Shown: positions 19,322 through 29,567, numbered from the stretch's first letter. The stretch is 64,000 nt of DNA from a virus (IMGVR_UViG_2744054962_000001); one strand, 5' to 3'. Notes: generated from the letters alone by a model not told the origin. Numbers and translations are program-made.

Positions 19322-20208
19322 CGGACATCATCATTAAACGCTACCGCCCTGAAGAGTTTCCGCGTCATCTGGACTTTCTGGAGCGAATGACTGTCACAAA
19401 GGGAACTGTAGAGGACTGGTACGCTCTTAAGTCGCTTCACTACAAAACAGACGGCAAACCTTTCGCGCCAACTTACTATCGCTGCGAACTTGATGACCGT
19501 CTGGTGGGCGTCGTGGTTATGGCTTACCCGAAACTACTGCTGGCACCTCGCCACCGCATGTTTCCTAAGTTGAAACCAACCACTAATACCACCGTGGCTA
19601 ACCAGTACTGGGGTCGGTACGTGAATAACAACTTTGCGGTGATCAGTCGCTCAGTTGTGGATACTCAGTATCGTGGCGTAGGCGTCTCTTATCGAATGAT
19701 TAACCTGGTTAGCAGGATGCATGACCGGCCAATCATTGAGATCCAGTCCTCGATGAGCAAATACAATCCCTTCGCCATGAAAGCAGGGTTTAAGTTCATC
19801 CGCCCTGAGCGACCGAAGAGCTATGAAAGTGCACTGCGTGTATTCCAGCGCCATTTCCGTTCCGACCCGGGTGATAACGAGGCGATCGTCAAAGAGTTGT
19901 TCGCAATGAGCGAGTCTCGTCGTCGCCGTGCACTGCGTGATCTGGTGGCGGACTACCACAAGAACAGTTCCCTGGCAAAAGCTGGGCGGAATCGTGGCAC
20001 GACGATTCAGGACATTGCCGACAGTCTGGTGGACGAGGCCAGCATTGTGAAGCTGCTCAAGGACATTCACAACCTGAGCTTTACGTCTCCGTTGTATGGT
20101 GTGTACCGAAACCCTGACTTTGGTCGTCGACTGCCTGACACGCTGCCACTGCTGGCATTCGACAAACAACCTTTGGATAAACCGTTAGAAATTGCTTTAC
20201 CGGCATAA
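19318..20208 (+). CDS. Hypothetical protein with weak GNAT-like motif (296 aa)
   Basis: YRGVGVSYRMINLV resembles GNAT motif A; ATGA overlap with ABC ATPase gene. Confidence 0.45.
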   Translation: MTDIIIKRYRPEEFPRHLDFLERMTVTKGTVEDWYALKSLHYKTDGKPFAPTYYRCELDDRLVGVVVMAYPKLLLAPRHRMFPKLKPTTNTTVANQYWGRYVNNNFAVISRSVVDTQYRGVGVSYRMINLVSRMHDRPIIEIQSSMSKYNPFAMKAGFKFIRPERPKSYESALRVFQRHFRSDPGDNEAIVKELFAMSESRRRRALRDLVADYHKNSSLAKAGRNRGTTIQDIADSLVDEASIVKLLKDIHNLSFTSPLYGVYRNPDFGRRLPDTLPLLAFDKQPLDKPLEIALPA

Positions 20209-20217
20209 GGATTTGCC

Positions 20218-20484
20218 ATGACGTTAACCGATAAACAAAAGGACATCATCAAAACGCTCAATCTCGGTTATGAGCGAGGTCATTTACTTGATCTGGACGA
20301 ATTGCTTGAAGTTTTGCCGTACAAGACAACCAAGCAAAGTATCCAGTTCTCAATTCGCGCTCTGATAAAAAAGGGGCTGGTGGAGAAAGGGCATACGCGC
20401 CAACGCAGTGACAATCGCTATCACCGCCGAACTCTTGGGTTAACCACTTTAGGTCGAGCCAAAGCGAAGTTACTGGTGATGTAA
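20218..20484 (+). CDS. Small basic protein, possible winged-helix DNA binder (88 aa)
   Basis: AAGGA RBS; K/R-rich; fold assignment tentative. Confidence 0.4.
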   Translation: MTLTDKQKDIIKTLNLGYERGHLLDLDELLEVLPYKTTKQSIQFSIRALIKKGLVEKGHTRQRSDNRYHRRTLGLTTLGRAKAKLLVM

Positions 20485-20508
20485 TCGGTCTGGGAGCTTA
20501 TTTAAAGA

Positions 20509-20565
20509 CCTGCTTCTGTATATATAAATAATAAGTAACTTATTAAATATATATACGGAAGCAGG
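20509..20565. repeat. ~57-bp AT-rich imperfect palindrome, copy A
   Basis: CCTGCTTC arms (rc GAAGCAGG) flank core AATAAGTAACTTATT; ~95% identical copy in opposite orientation at 51170-51224. Confidence 0.8.
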
Positions 20566-20601
20566 CTTAATAAGACATGCCAGACCTAATTAAACACCCC
20601 A

Positions 20602-20642
20602 GAAAACAAGTTGGTTAGCAGATGCAGTAAACAAGTTGTTTT
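20602..20642 (+). promoter_or_regulatory. Two tandem operator palindromes upstream of terminase genes
   Basis: GAAAACAAGTTGGTT at 20602 and AAACAAGTTGTTT (perfect) at 20629. Confidence 0.55.
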
Positions 20643-20681
20643 AGAGCGCATGGACGCGCTCTGTGTGTTTTAGAGGGATCT

Positions 20682-21314
20682 ATGACGGTCGAAAAAGACG
20701 AGGTAAAAACTCGCCTGACACCAGCGGAGTGGGCCGAAGCTGAAGCCAAATGGACGTCAGGCGAATATACACTCTCAAAGCTGGAGGAAGAGTACGGCAT
20801 TCGTCGTGAAACACTCTCCAGACATTTCAAAAAGCGAGGATTAGAGAAAGGCGCGGACTCTGTTGGGAAGATGGTTCGTGAGTCTCTTAAATCTGACGCA
20901 GAGCTTCGCGCTAAAGCCCGTGCGGAAAAGATAGAAGAACGTCGTACACGTTATGACGGCTGGGCGTATGCGTTGGGGCAGATGGTGATGGTCGAAGTCA
21001 CTACGGCCAAACGTGAGGGTAAGCCTTTAGGGGCGATTGAGGATTCTCTCAAGAGCTTACAGAGAGCCAGTAATACCCTTGCAAAATGCTTTGAAGTTTC
21101 GTCCAAAGCATTGGGCATGGATCATGCGGAAAATGACGAGGAAGAAATTCCGAACCTGGTATTTGGTGAGCTTACGCCTTCCCAGGTGGCGAAATTACGT
21201 CAGGAAGACGACGAGCCTGAAATCATCGATGACGAATTGCTTGAGACGTTGGAAGAAGAAGCTCTAAGCGAATTTGATGCGACAGATGATGGAAGTGAAG
21301 GGGAGGACGAATAA
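20682..21314 (+). CDS. Terminase small subunit (putative)
   Basis: N-terminal HTH-like segment, acidic C-terminus, directly upstream of TerL with overlapping stop/start. Confidence 0.55.
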   Translation: MTVEKDEVKTRLTPAEWAEAEAKWTSGEYTLSKLEEEYGIRRETLSRHFKKRGLEKGADSVGKMVRESLKSDAELRAKARAEKIEERRTRYDGWAYALGQMVMVEVTTAKREGKPLGAIEDSLKSLQRASNTLAKCFEVSSKALGMDHAENDEEEIPNLVFGELTPSQVAKLRQEDDEPEIIDDELLETLEEEALSEFDATDDGSEGEDE

Positions 21315-22570
21315 TGGCAATCCCGTCCTCGCTCAGTCTTGTGCAACTGCATTCTGGACAGATGAAAGTCTTCCAGTCTCCGCATCGATTTAAAGTTGTT
21401 TGTGCTGGTCGACGCTGGGGAAAATCCCGGTTGTCGATCTCCACTATTATTCGTGCGGCGGCAAAGGAAAAAAAGCAAAGAGTCTGGTATGTCGCTCCTA
21501 CTTACCAGATGGCTCGCCAGATTTTGTGGGACGATCTACAGGAAGTTCTGCCTCGTAAGTGGGTTAGGAAAAAGAACGACACCACGATGACAATCGTGTT
21601 GAAGAACGGTTCGGAGATCGCCCTCAAAGGTGCTGATAAGCCTGACACTCTGCGCGGCGTAGCGTTGCATTTTGTAGTGCTTGATGAATTTCAGGATATG
21701 AAGGCTGACACCTGGTACAAGGTGTTACGACCTACTCTTTCATCGACACGCGGCGGTGCGCTGATCATTGGTACGCCAAAAGGCTTCTCGGAATTTCACA
21801 AACTGTGGACTATAGGCCAGAACGTAGAGCTGCAAAGAAAGGGACAGTGGAAGAGCTGGCAGTTTGTAACTGCCGATTCTCCGTTTGTACCTACGGCGGA
21901 AATTGAAGCTGCTAAGAACGATATGGACCCCAAATCGTTCGCTCAGGAGTACCTGGCGAGCTTTGAGAACATGTCCGGGCGCGTTTACTACCCGTTCGAT
22001 CGTAACGTGCATGTAAAACCGCTTCAGTTCAACCCTCGGTTGCCTATATGGGTAGGGCAGGACTTCAACATTGACCCGATGTCTTCCGTAATTTTGCAAC
22101 CTCAGCCAAATGGTGAGCTATGGGCAATTGATGAATTGGTGCTCTTTTCCTCTAACACGGCAGAGGTTTGTGATGAGCTTGAGAGACGCTTCTGGCGCTG
22201 GAAATCACAGATAACGGTATTTCCAGATCCGGCAGGTGCTTATCGCCAACATGCTCGCGGGGAGTCTGACGTCGACATATTCAAAGAGAAGGGATTCTTA
22301 CGTGTCGATTATTCGAAAAAGCACCCGCCAATTGCGGATCGTGTTAATGCTGTTAACCGAATGCTGATGACCGCATCTGGAGATATCCGGCTGTATATCG
22401 ATCCGAAGTGCAAGCATTTGATTGATTCACTGGAAAAAGTCATCTACAAGCCTGGAACACGAGATATGGATAAGACAGGTGGCATTGAGCATAGTGCAGA
22501 CGCATTGGGCTATCCAGTACATCGTAGGTATCCAGTCAAAAACCGTGTTATTCTTGGTGGTTCTCGATAG
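21314..22570 (+). CDS. Terminase large subunit
   Basis: 418 aa; Walker A CAGRRWGKSR, Walker B-like VVLDEF; position before portal. Confidence 0.85.
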   Translation: MAIPSSLSLVQLHSGQMKVFQSPHRFKVVCAGRRWGKSRLSISTIIRAAAKEKKQRVWYVAPTYQMARQILWDDLQEVLPRKWVRKKNDTTMTIVLKNGSEIALKGADKPDTLRGVALHFVVLDEFQDMKADTWYKVLRPTLSSTRGGALIIGTPKGFSEFHKLWTIGQNVELQRKGQWKSWQFVTADSPFVPTAEIEAAKNDMDPKSFAQEYLASFENMSGRVYYPFDRNVHVKPLQFNPRLPIWVGQDFNIDPMSSVILQPQPNGELWAIDELVLFSSNTAEVCDELERRFWRWKSQITVFPDPAGAYRQHARGESDVDIFKEKGFLRVDYSKKHPPIADRVNAVNRMLMTASGDIRLYIDPKCKHLIDSLEKVIYKPGTRDMDKTGGIEHSADALGYPVHRRYPVKNRVILGGSR

Positions 22571-22583
22571 GTAAGTAATTATC
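22566..22583 (+). promoter_or_regulatory. ATAAGTA-family promoter-like motif
   Basis: GATAGGTAAGTAATTATC, 14 nt upstream of portal ATG. Confidence 0.45.
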
Positions 22584-22596
22584 TAAGGTTATTCAA

Positions 22597-24171
22597 ATGG
22601 AATTGAACGACAAACAAATTAAGGATCTGGTGGCGCGACGCCACCCGGAATACGAAAAGAAAAAAGAACATTGGGACTTCCTCGCCAGCACTTACGCTGG
22701 CGGGCGTGGTTGGTTTACAGACAATATCTTTCGTTACTTTAAAGAGGGAGATCAGGAGTTTAAGGAGCGAGTTGAACGTGCTTATCGCTTCAACCACACT
22801 CGTGAGGTGGTAAACCTCATCAACAAATATCTCTTTAAAGAAGACATTCATAGAAATATCGAAGAGGCACCAGAGCAGATCCGCAATTTCTGGAAACGTG
22901 CGACTCGCCAGAATGCCTCTATTGACTCATTTATGGCCGCTATTGATTTGCAGTCGTCTATTTACGGTCGCATATGGGTTGTTGTCGATAGCACGATGAG
23001 TGGTGATGTTGAGTCAGTAGCTGACGAGAAAAAGAAAGATGCTCGCGCCTACGCCTACTGGATTTCACCTCAGCAAATGCTGGATGTGGCATGGGACGAC
23101 GACGGGAATATGTTATGGGCGTTAATTGTGGAAGTCGCTCGCGATGACGCAGATCCTTTTACTTCTACAGGTCAGGAATACCAACGTTATCGTCTGTGGA
23201 CACAAAACGAGTGGTATCTGTTCCGTGAGGAAGTGAAGAAGGGCGCTGGTGGAGCAGGTCGCCGTCAGGCAAAAGTTATTTTAGAGGATAGCGGTGAGCA
23301 TAATCTCGGCGTAGTTCCTGTGTTTCCTGTTGATTGTATTGGAGAAAGTGAATCACCGTATTTCAGCCCATCGTTGATCGATGATATCGCTTATCTTGAT
23401 CGTGCGGTTGCAAACTATCTGTCAAACCTTGATGCCATTATTCAGGATCAGACATTTAGCCAGTTGGCTATACCAGTACAGTCGCTTTTACCTGGTGATG
23501 AAAACCACACTAAAGTGCTTGAAATGGGCACAAAGCGAGTCTTCACCTACGATTCTGAAGGTGGAAACCAGCCGTTTTATCTGTCACCAGACCCGAAACA
23601 AGCTCAGATGATCATCACTACGATTAAGACGGTGATTAACGAAATCTACCATTCAGTTGGTGTAGCTGGTGAGCGAACGAAGCAGGACAACGCACAGGGA
23701 ATCGATAACTCATCTGGTGCCGCAAAAATGTATGACTTCCAGCGTGTAAATAGCTTGCTTGTCACAAAAGCAGAGCGTCTGGAAAGGGCTGAACGCCAAA
23801 TCATGCTACTGGTTGCGAAATGGATGGGGGTAGATCTGGACGAAGACCACTCTTTAATTGCGTATCCAGAAAGTTTCGATATTCGTGGCCTTACTGATGA
23901 ATTTTCTGTTGCCGAGAAACTGTCATTACTTCAGGCACCGGACTCTGTACGTCGTCACCAGATGGAAATGCTTATTGAGAAGATTTTCCCGAACATTACT
24001 GAGGCGATGAAAAAGGAATTTGATAAAGATCTCTTGAATTTTCCGCCAAAAAATGATCTAAATACTCTTGAAAATAAGTCAGTACTTACTTATGATCAAG
24101 GCGCAGCCCAAGAAAGCGGGCAAGATCAACCCCGAGGGAATGGGGACTCATCTACTCAAGAGAACGAGTGA
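22597..24171 (+). CDS. Portal protein
   Basis: 524 aa immediately after TerL; AAGG RBS. Confidence 0.75.
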   Translation: MELNDKQIKDLVARRHPEYEKKKEHWDFLASTYAGGRGWFTDNIFRYFKEGDQEFKERVERAYRFNHTREVVNLINKYLFKEDIHRNIEEAPEQIRNFWKRATRQNASIDSFMAAIDLQSSIYGRIWVVVDSTMSGDVESVADEKKKDARAYAYWISPQQMLDVAWDDDGNMLWALIVEVARDDADPFTSTGQEYQRYRLWTQNEWYLFREEVKKGAGGAGRRQAKVILEDSGEHNLGVVPVFPVDCIGESESPYFSPSLIDDIAYLDRAVANYLSNLDAIIQDQTFSQLAIPVQSLLPGDENHTKVLEMGTKRVFTYDSEGGNQPFYLSPDPKQAQMIITTIKTVINEIYHSVGVAGERTKQDNAQGIDNSSGAAKMYDFQRVNSLLVTKAERLERAERQIMLLVAKWMGVDLDEDHSLIAYPESFDIRGLTDEFSVAEKLSLLQAPDSVRRHQMEMLIEKIFPNITEAMKKEFDKDLLNFPPKNDLNTLENKSVLTYDQGAAQESGQDQPRGNGDSSTQENE

Positions 24172-24192
24172 TAAGTAACAAAGGGAATTTTT

Positions 24193-25080
24193 ATGCAACT
24201 GTGGCAAATGCTTTTGGCCCGTCGTGGTCTGATGGATGTTGCTGAAGCGCATGAGCGTGGAGGCGCTGGCGGTGTAGCTGCTGATAATGAGCAGAGTACA
24301 CAAGATCCTGACAAACAGGGTGAACAAAAAGAGCAGCCGAAGGGTGATGACGAATACGCTGGCATGACTCATGAAGAGTTACTGGCCGAACTTCGCAAAA
24401 CCAAGAAAGCTGGTGCTGAACTGCTGAAAGAGAACATGAAGCGCAAAGAGAAAGAGCGCACATTGACCGATCAGCTTGCTCAGTACGGTGACATCGACCC
24501 GGCGCGTGCTCGCCAGCTTTTAGAAGCTGAACAGGCCGCAGAAAACGCACGTCGTGAGGCGGAGCAAGCTGAACTGGAGCGTCGTGGTGAGTTCGATGCT
24601 GTTAAAAAACAGATGATCGAAGCACACCAGGCAGAGCTGGCACAGCGTGACGAACGTTATGCAGCACTGGAAAGTGAAAACGCATCACTGAAATCTCAAT
24701 TAGTCGAGATGACCGTGGGCGCTTCCTTCAGTAACTCTCTCTTCCTACGTGACAAAGTTCTGATGACTCCGGCAAAAGCCCGCGTGATCTACGGTTCTCA
24801 TTTTGAAGTGGGTGAAGACGGTAGCGTAGTGGGTTATGACAAACCGGCAGGTTATAAAGAACGAGCTGTTCTGGTTGACGGTGAAGGTAAGCCGTTGCCG
24901 TTTGAATCCGCGATTGAACGCATTGTGCGGGCAGATCCGGAAGCTGACGCATTGATGCGTAGCGAAGCCAAGCAGGGTGTAGGCTCACATTCCAAATCGA
25001 CCTACACAATATCCCAACCGAAGAACAAGTCGACTATGGATAAGTTGGCCTCCGGTCTGGGGAAAATTGGACTTAAGTAA
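24193..25080 (+). CDS. Scaffolding protein (putative)
   Basis: Charged, coiled-coil-like middle region; between portal and major capsid. Confidence 0.5.
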   Translation: MQLWQMLLARRGLMDVAEAHERGGAGGVAADNEQSTQDPDKQGEQKEQPKGDDEYAGMTHEELLAELRKTKKAGAELLKENMKRKEKERTLTDQLAQYGDIDPARARQLLEAEQAAENARREAEQAELERRGEFDAVKKQMIEAHQAELAQRDERYAALESENASLKSQLVEMTVGASFSNSLFLRDKVLMTPAKARVIYGSHFEVGEDGSVVGYDKPAGYKERAVLVDGEGKPLPFESAIERIVRADPEADALMRSEAKQGVGSHSKSTYTISQPKNKSTMDKLASGLGKIGLK

Positions 25081-25105
25081 CATCTAAATCAAAGGGAATT
25101 GATAG

Positions 25106-25981
25106 ATGCCATTACTTCGTGAAGAAGCTGAAAAGCTGTCTAACAACGAACTTGAACAGGGCGTGATTGAAACCATCATCGATCGCGATGACCTGTTTGC
25201 CATCCTGCCTTTTATGAAAATTAATTCAAAGGCATATCTGTACAACCGTGAAAAAACGCTGAGTGAAGCTACCTTCATCGACGTTAACGACACCATCCCT
25301 GAAGGTGCAGCAACCTTCGAAGAATGCGTTGCGAAACTGCGTATTCTGGCTGGTGACGTAGACGTTGATAAATTCCTGGCGACCACTATGGCCGACACCA
25401 ACAACCAGTTGGCTATTCAGGTTCGTCAGAAAGTTAAAGGTCTGGCTCGTGCGTTCCGTCGCAACCTGATTTTGGGTGACTCCAGCTCCAACAACAAGGC
25501 GTTTGACGGCATTCCACGCCTGATGCACGCAGATCAGAAGATCGATATCGCCGGTGCATCTATGACTTTCTCTATGTTCGACGAACTGGTCGATGCGGTG
25601 AAAGATCTTGGTGCTGACTGCATCATGATGCGTTCAGAGCACCTGCGTGCTTACCGTGCGCTGCTGCGTACAGTAAACGTAGGCCCGTCTGAAATCATGA
25701 TGGAGAACTTCGGTCGTCCGATGCTGTGTCATAACGGCGTTCCGTTCATCATCAACGACTTCATCCCGACCGATTCTGGCAAAGCAAGCATCTACTGCCT
25801 GCACCTGTCAGAAGAGAACGGCGTTACTGGTCTGTATGGCGGCGACAACGCAGGTATCGTTGTTGAAAACATTGGCACTGTACAGAACAAAGACGCAGTA
25901 CGTACCCGTGTGAAGTGGTACTGCTCTCTGGCGAATAAGCACGATAAGGCTATCGCTGCACTGACCAATGTAAAAATTTAA
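25106..25981 (+). CDS. Major capsid protein
   Basis: 291 aa, follows scaffold, strong terminator after it. Confidence 0.75.
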   Translation: MPLLREEAEKLSNNELEQGVIETIIDRDDLFAILPFMKINSKAYLYNREKTLSEATFIDVNDTIPEGAATFEECVAKLRILAGDVDVDKFLATTMADTNNQLAIQVRQKVKGLARAFRRNLILGDSSSNNKAFDGIPRLMHADQKIDIAGASMTFSMFDELVDAVKDLGADCIMMRSEHLRAYRALLRTVNVGPSEIMMENFGRPMLCHNGVPFIINDFIPTDSGKASIYCLHLSEENGVTGLYGGDNAGIVVENIGTVQNKDAVRTRVKWYCSLANKHDKAIAALTNVKI

Positions 25982-25991
25982 TCAGTGCAGT

Positions 25992-26009
25992 AGATAAGTA
26001 ATTATCTAT
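25992..26009 (+). promoter_or_regulatory. ATAAGTA-family motif (TAGATAAGTAATTATCTA)
   Basis: Palindromic copy of motif between capsid stop and terminator. Confidence 0.45.
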
Positions 26010-26013
26010 GTTA

Positions 26014-26042
26014 AAGGGTGGGCTATACGCCCACCCTTTTTG
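26014..26042 (+). terminator. Rho-independent terminator after major capsid gene
   Basis: GGGTGGGC-TATAC-GCCCACCC followed by TTTTT. Confidence 0.75.
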
Positions 26043-26054
26043 TAGGAGCAAGAA

Positions 26055-26975
26055 ATGCCAGAACAAAAGATGAAGATTACGGAAGAGGCATTTTCGGATT
26101 TTACGGGGCATATGTGCCGCGCCGGATTTACCAATTCTATCTCCGATGAACCTTTAACCGAGCGGCAACAAAGTCAGCTATCTGCTTGTTTGCAGGCGGT
26201 TCCCCTCTCCCAATCCGTAAACATAACCCCGGCTTCACCGTCAGTTTTGGTTGGGAAAACTGTTCAACTTAGTGCAGGTATTAGTATGGGTAAGAGTGCC
26301 AGTTCATTCACCTGGAAGTCAGCGAATGATCAAATTGCAACCGTTAACGGCACTGGATTAGTAACTGGTGTAGCACCAGGCAAAGTAAAAATTACTGCAA
26401 CTGATCAGGAAACCCAGCTTTCCGCGTCAGTGGAAGTCACCGTAAATCCGGTAGCCGTTCAATCCGTAACGGTAACGCCAGACTCAACCTCTGTTGAGAA
26501 AGGGAAATCAGTCAGTCTGAAAGCGAATGTTCAGCCGTCAAATGCGACGAATAAGGCTGTTACCTGGTCTTCAAAAAATGAAGATAAGGCAACGGTAGAC
26601 CAGAGCGGGAACGTTACTGGTGTAGAAGTTGGCACTGCGACGATTGAGATCGTTTCCCAAGATGGCAGCAAAAAGGCAACTGCAACGGTGGAAGTAACTG
26701 CGCCTGTTGTGGCTGTTACCGCCGTCGAAATCGACCCAAATAGCACAACCGTTGAGGCAAACAAAACTGTTCAGCTGACCGCAAATGTCGAGCCGGCAGG
26801 AGCCACAAATAAAACCGTTACTTGGGAATCCAAAAATACCGAGTTTGCAACGGTTGACAGCGAAACCGGTGTTGTAACTGGTGTTGCGGCTGGTACTGCC
26901 ACAATCGAGGTTACTACCCAAGATGGTAGCCACAAAGCGACAGCAACTGTAGAAGTTACTGCCGCACAGGAATAA
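26055..26975 (+). CDS. Ig-like (BIG2-type) repeat protein, likely head decoration protein
   Basis: Three ~85-aa repeats of type VTVTPDSTSV..KAVTWSSKNEDKATVDQSGNVTGV. Confidence 0.65.
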   Translation: MPEQKMKITEEAFSDFTGHMCRAGFTNSISDEPLTERQQSQLSACLQAVPLSQSVNITPASPSVLVGKTVQLSAGISMGKSASSFTWKSANDQIATVNGTGLVTGVAPGKVKITATDQETQLSASVEVTVNPVAVQSVTVTPDSTSVEKGKSVSLKANVQPSNATNKAVTWSSKNEDKATVDQSGNVTGVEVGTATIEIVSQDGSKKATATVEVTAPVVAVTAVEIDPNSTTVEANKTVQLTANVEPAGATNKTVTWESKNTEFATVDSETGVVTGVAAGTATIEVTTQDGSHKATATVEVTAAQE

Positions 26976-27019
26976 CCGATATTGGGCGGCTTTCGCCGCC
27001 CAAGTGGAGAGAAAGCGTT

Positions 27020-27454
27020 ATGAAACCAGCAAAAATTGTTTTATTAGAACCGCAATTTTCCGGTTATTCGGGAATGCTGTGTGGCGTTCAGTTCGAGAAC
27101 GGGGTATCCGTAGCGGAGTTGCCTTTTATCGATCAGCAGAGGATTTGTGCTTCAATGCGAGCGTCAACAGTAGAGGGCAAAAATGTTTCTCCGTCTGCCG
27201 CATACAGTGATCGTGGTGAATTGACAGCAGACCTGATTACCGAGCCAGCAGCACCTGACATTGTGCCAATGAAACGTGGGACACCAGATGAACCGGCCAA
27301 ACAGATCCAGACTTTCACACGAGAAGAGTTGGAGTCAATTGCAGACAATGAAGGCATTGCCGGTCTACGTGTGATTGGTAATCAGGTTGGTGTCAAAGCG
27401 AAAGGAATTGTCGAGATGATTGAAGGCATCCTGAAAGCACAAGGCGGTGAGTAA
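27020..27454 (+). CDS. Head-tail joining region protein (hypothetical)
   Basis: GGAGAG RBS; position in head-completion block. Confidence 0.45.
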   Translation: MKPAKIVLLEPQFSGYSGMLCGVQFENGVSVAELPFIDQQRICASMRASTVEGKNVSPSAAYSDRGELTADLITEPAAPDIVPMKRGTPDEPAKQIQTFTREELESIADNEGIAGLRVIGNQVGVKAKGIVEMIEGILKAQGGE

Positions 27455-28287
27455 TGGCGCAGATCGACTCGTATCGTAGCGGTGAAGCTGTTTCCCTTTC
27501 ATTTGCCTTCAACGTGCTGGATATCGAATCTGCTACCTACACAGTAAAGGACAGCACCGGGGCTATTCTCGTTGATGGCGAGCCGCTAGAAATTACCAGC
27601 GGTCAAATGTCGATTCCGGTTGTCGTGTCGGCTGAATATAACCAGCTCTCTGAGAAAGAGCGAGATCTGCGGTACGTCATTGTGAAGGCTGTTGCATCGG
27701 GTCTGACGCATGAAGAGCGGCAAATGTATGTTCTGCTGAATAGTTTTGAACTGTCGATACCAGAACAGTCGTTTGCAACTGTCGCTGATGCTCAAATGCA
27801 GGCGATCGATATGCTGAATGGGGACACTTTGCTGTCGGATGGTGAAGGCTTAATGCGCAAGCGTCTCATTGAGGCTACCAGACGAATTAAAACTTTACCG
27901 TTCTCAATCCGCAAAATTCTACGTATCGACTTTGACCGATACGATCGCCCTCAAAATATGCTGAATGTGTATGACATTCCGTGGGGAGCAGATGGAGCGT
28001 ACCGGCATGATTTAGTCGATTGGGAAAAGATGGCGCAGGAGAAGTTTGAAGAGTTCCCTGACTACTTCAAAGAAGCGTTGATGCTTGCCGTTGTCAACGA
28101 AGCGTGTGAGATCGCAAATGGCAATGATGTAGCCGCAGCACGAGAGGATGGCATTTTGTCAGAGTCCATCGGTGAAACAACCAACATGTACCGTACCGGT
28201 AAAGCTGCAAACGTGCATGTGGCTCGTAGTACCTGGCGCTTGCTGGTCAGTTACATCAACAACCGTATGATTGTTCGCCGTGCGTAA
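27454..28287 (+). CDS. Head-tail joining region protein (hypothetical)
   Basis: ATG overlaps upstream stop (TAATGG). Confidence 0.45.
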   Translation: MAQIDSYRSGEAVSLSFAFNVLDIESATYTVKDSTGAILVDGEPLEITSGQMSIPVVVSAEYNQLSEKERDLRYVIVKAVASGLTHEERQMYVLLNSFELSIPEQSFATVADAQMQAIDMLNGDTLLSDGEGLMRKRLIEATRRIKTLPFSIRKILRIDFDRYDRPQNMLNVYDIPWGADGAYRHDLVDWEKMAQEKFEEFPDYFKEALMLAVVNEACEIANGNDVAAAREDGILSESIGETTNMYRTGKAANVHVARSTWRLLVSYINNRMIVRRA

Positions 28288-28366
28288 CGCCAGTCGCATT
28301 ATTTACTTTTGGTCTAAAGGGTTTTTGGCCAGTAATGAGAGCGACCGACAACAACAGGGAGAGAGC

Positions 28367-28711
28367 ATGAATATTTCATGGCAAACAGAAATTGCGATCT
28401 ACCGCTTTGGCGCAAAGAACGTTTACGGTGAGGCGCAATTACAATTCGTCAGGAAGACGAATGTCGGCGTGGTTAAGTTCGAACAGAGTAATGAGAAATC
28501 GTCAGTTCGTGCTGATAGCTCTGGTAGTCGTGGTAAGGCGAGTCTGGAGCTGTTTGATGCTGTGTTAGTTGTCCCTTTAGAAGCGGCTGTACAACTTGAT
28601 GATGTACTGATCCTTGAAGGTCAAAAATTAAAGGTGTCCAGTGTTCATCGCCGCTGGGGGCTACGAGGAAGACCTGGGCATCTTGAAGTAGGGGCGAATA
28701 TATGGGTCTGA
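28367..28711 (+). CDS. Head-tail joining region protein (hypothetical)
   Basis: ATG 28367 with GGGAGAGAG RBS (track start 28271). Confidence 0.45.
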   Translation: MNISWQTEIAIYRFGAKNVYGEAQLQFVRKTNVGVVKFEQSNEKSSVRADSSGSRGKASLELFDAVLVVPLEAAVQLDDVLILEGQKLKVSSVHRRWGLRGRPGHLEVGANIWV

Positions 28712-29175
28712 AATACGATGCGCATCAGTTCAAACGTGCGGGGAATCGACTCAACAACAGCCAGAAAGCATTTAAGCGATATCTTATTCGGGACATGGAA
28801 AAGCTGGCGCGTTTGGTTGAGCGTCTCAGCCGTGCAATGGCCCCGCTGGAAACCGGATCTCTGGAGACAGCCATCTTTGCCAGGGTGATTAAAGAAGGTT
28901 ATTCAGGGCTGCGCATTGAGCTTTCTGTGTCTGGAGCAAAACCACGTCAGGGGCATCCGGGCGTAGAAGTAGGTGACTATGCTAAGTACATGGAGCTGGG
29001 TAAATACCGACTCGGTTATCTTTCTCGAATGAAGAACGTGACCAACCCACCAATTGCCGGTGTTAAACCTCGTGTTGGGCCGCACTTTCTGGAAAGAGCG
29101 GTGGAAATTAGCGAGAAGCAGTTCTCAGAAGCGATTCTTGAGGCTGCCAGAAAAGCCGGTTTTACGAGAGGTTAA
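28702..29175 (+). CDS. Head-tail joining region protein (hypothetical)
   Basis: ORF overlapping upstream gene end. Confidence 0.45.
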   Translation: MGLKYDAHQFKRAGNRLNNSQKAFKRYLIRDMEKLARLVERLSRAMAPLETGSLETAIFARVIKEGYSGLRIELSVSGAKPRQGHPGVEVGDYAKYMELGKYRLGYLSRMKNVTNPPIAGVKPRVGPHFLERAVEISEKQFSEAILEAARKAGFTRG

Positions 29176-29176
29176 T

Positions 29177-29560
29177 GTGTTTATTGAAGCGTTTGCAAGT
29201 TTGATGCAGAAGGCAAAGATTGGCACGGTCGGGACTGACATTTTCTGTCACTACTTGCCTGCCAATGTGAAATCTGGCGTCCTGCTTATTAACCCAAATA
29301 CCGGTATCAGCATCGATCATGAGCTACAGGGCTTTTACCACGAATCATTCACAATAATTGTGCGTGGTTCGTCAATTACTACGACGGTTGAGAAAGCCAA
29401 TAAAATCATTGAGATGTTTCCAGTAGAGGAAACGGAATCTGGTGGTGTTTATTTTCGACTTGTACGACCGATGGCGATGCCAATCATTTATCCCAAAAAT
29501 GATGGGGCATTAATAGAAGCAGGCATTCCTGTTGAATTTGCTGGCTATTTATTGAATTAA
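29177..29560 (+). CDS. Tail completion protein (hypothetical), GTG start
   Basis: GAGAGG RBS 5 nt before GTG 29177; track start 29054 overlaps preceding gene. Confidence 0.4.
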   Translation: MFIEAFASLMQKAKIGTVGTDIFCHYLPANVKSGVLLINPNTGISIDHELQGFYHESFTIIVRGSSITTTVEKANKIIEMFPVEETESGGVYFRLVRPMAMPIIYPKNDGALIEAGIPVEFAGYLLN

Positions 29561-29567
29561 CTCAATT

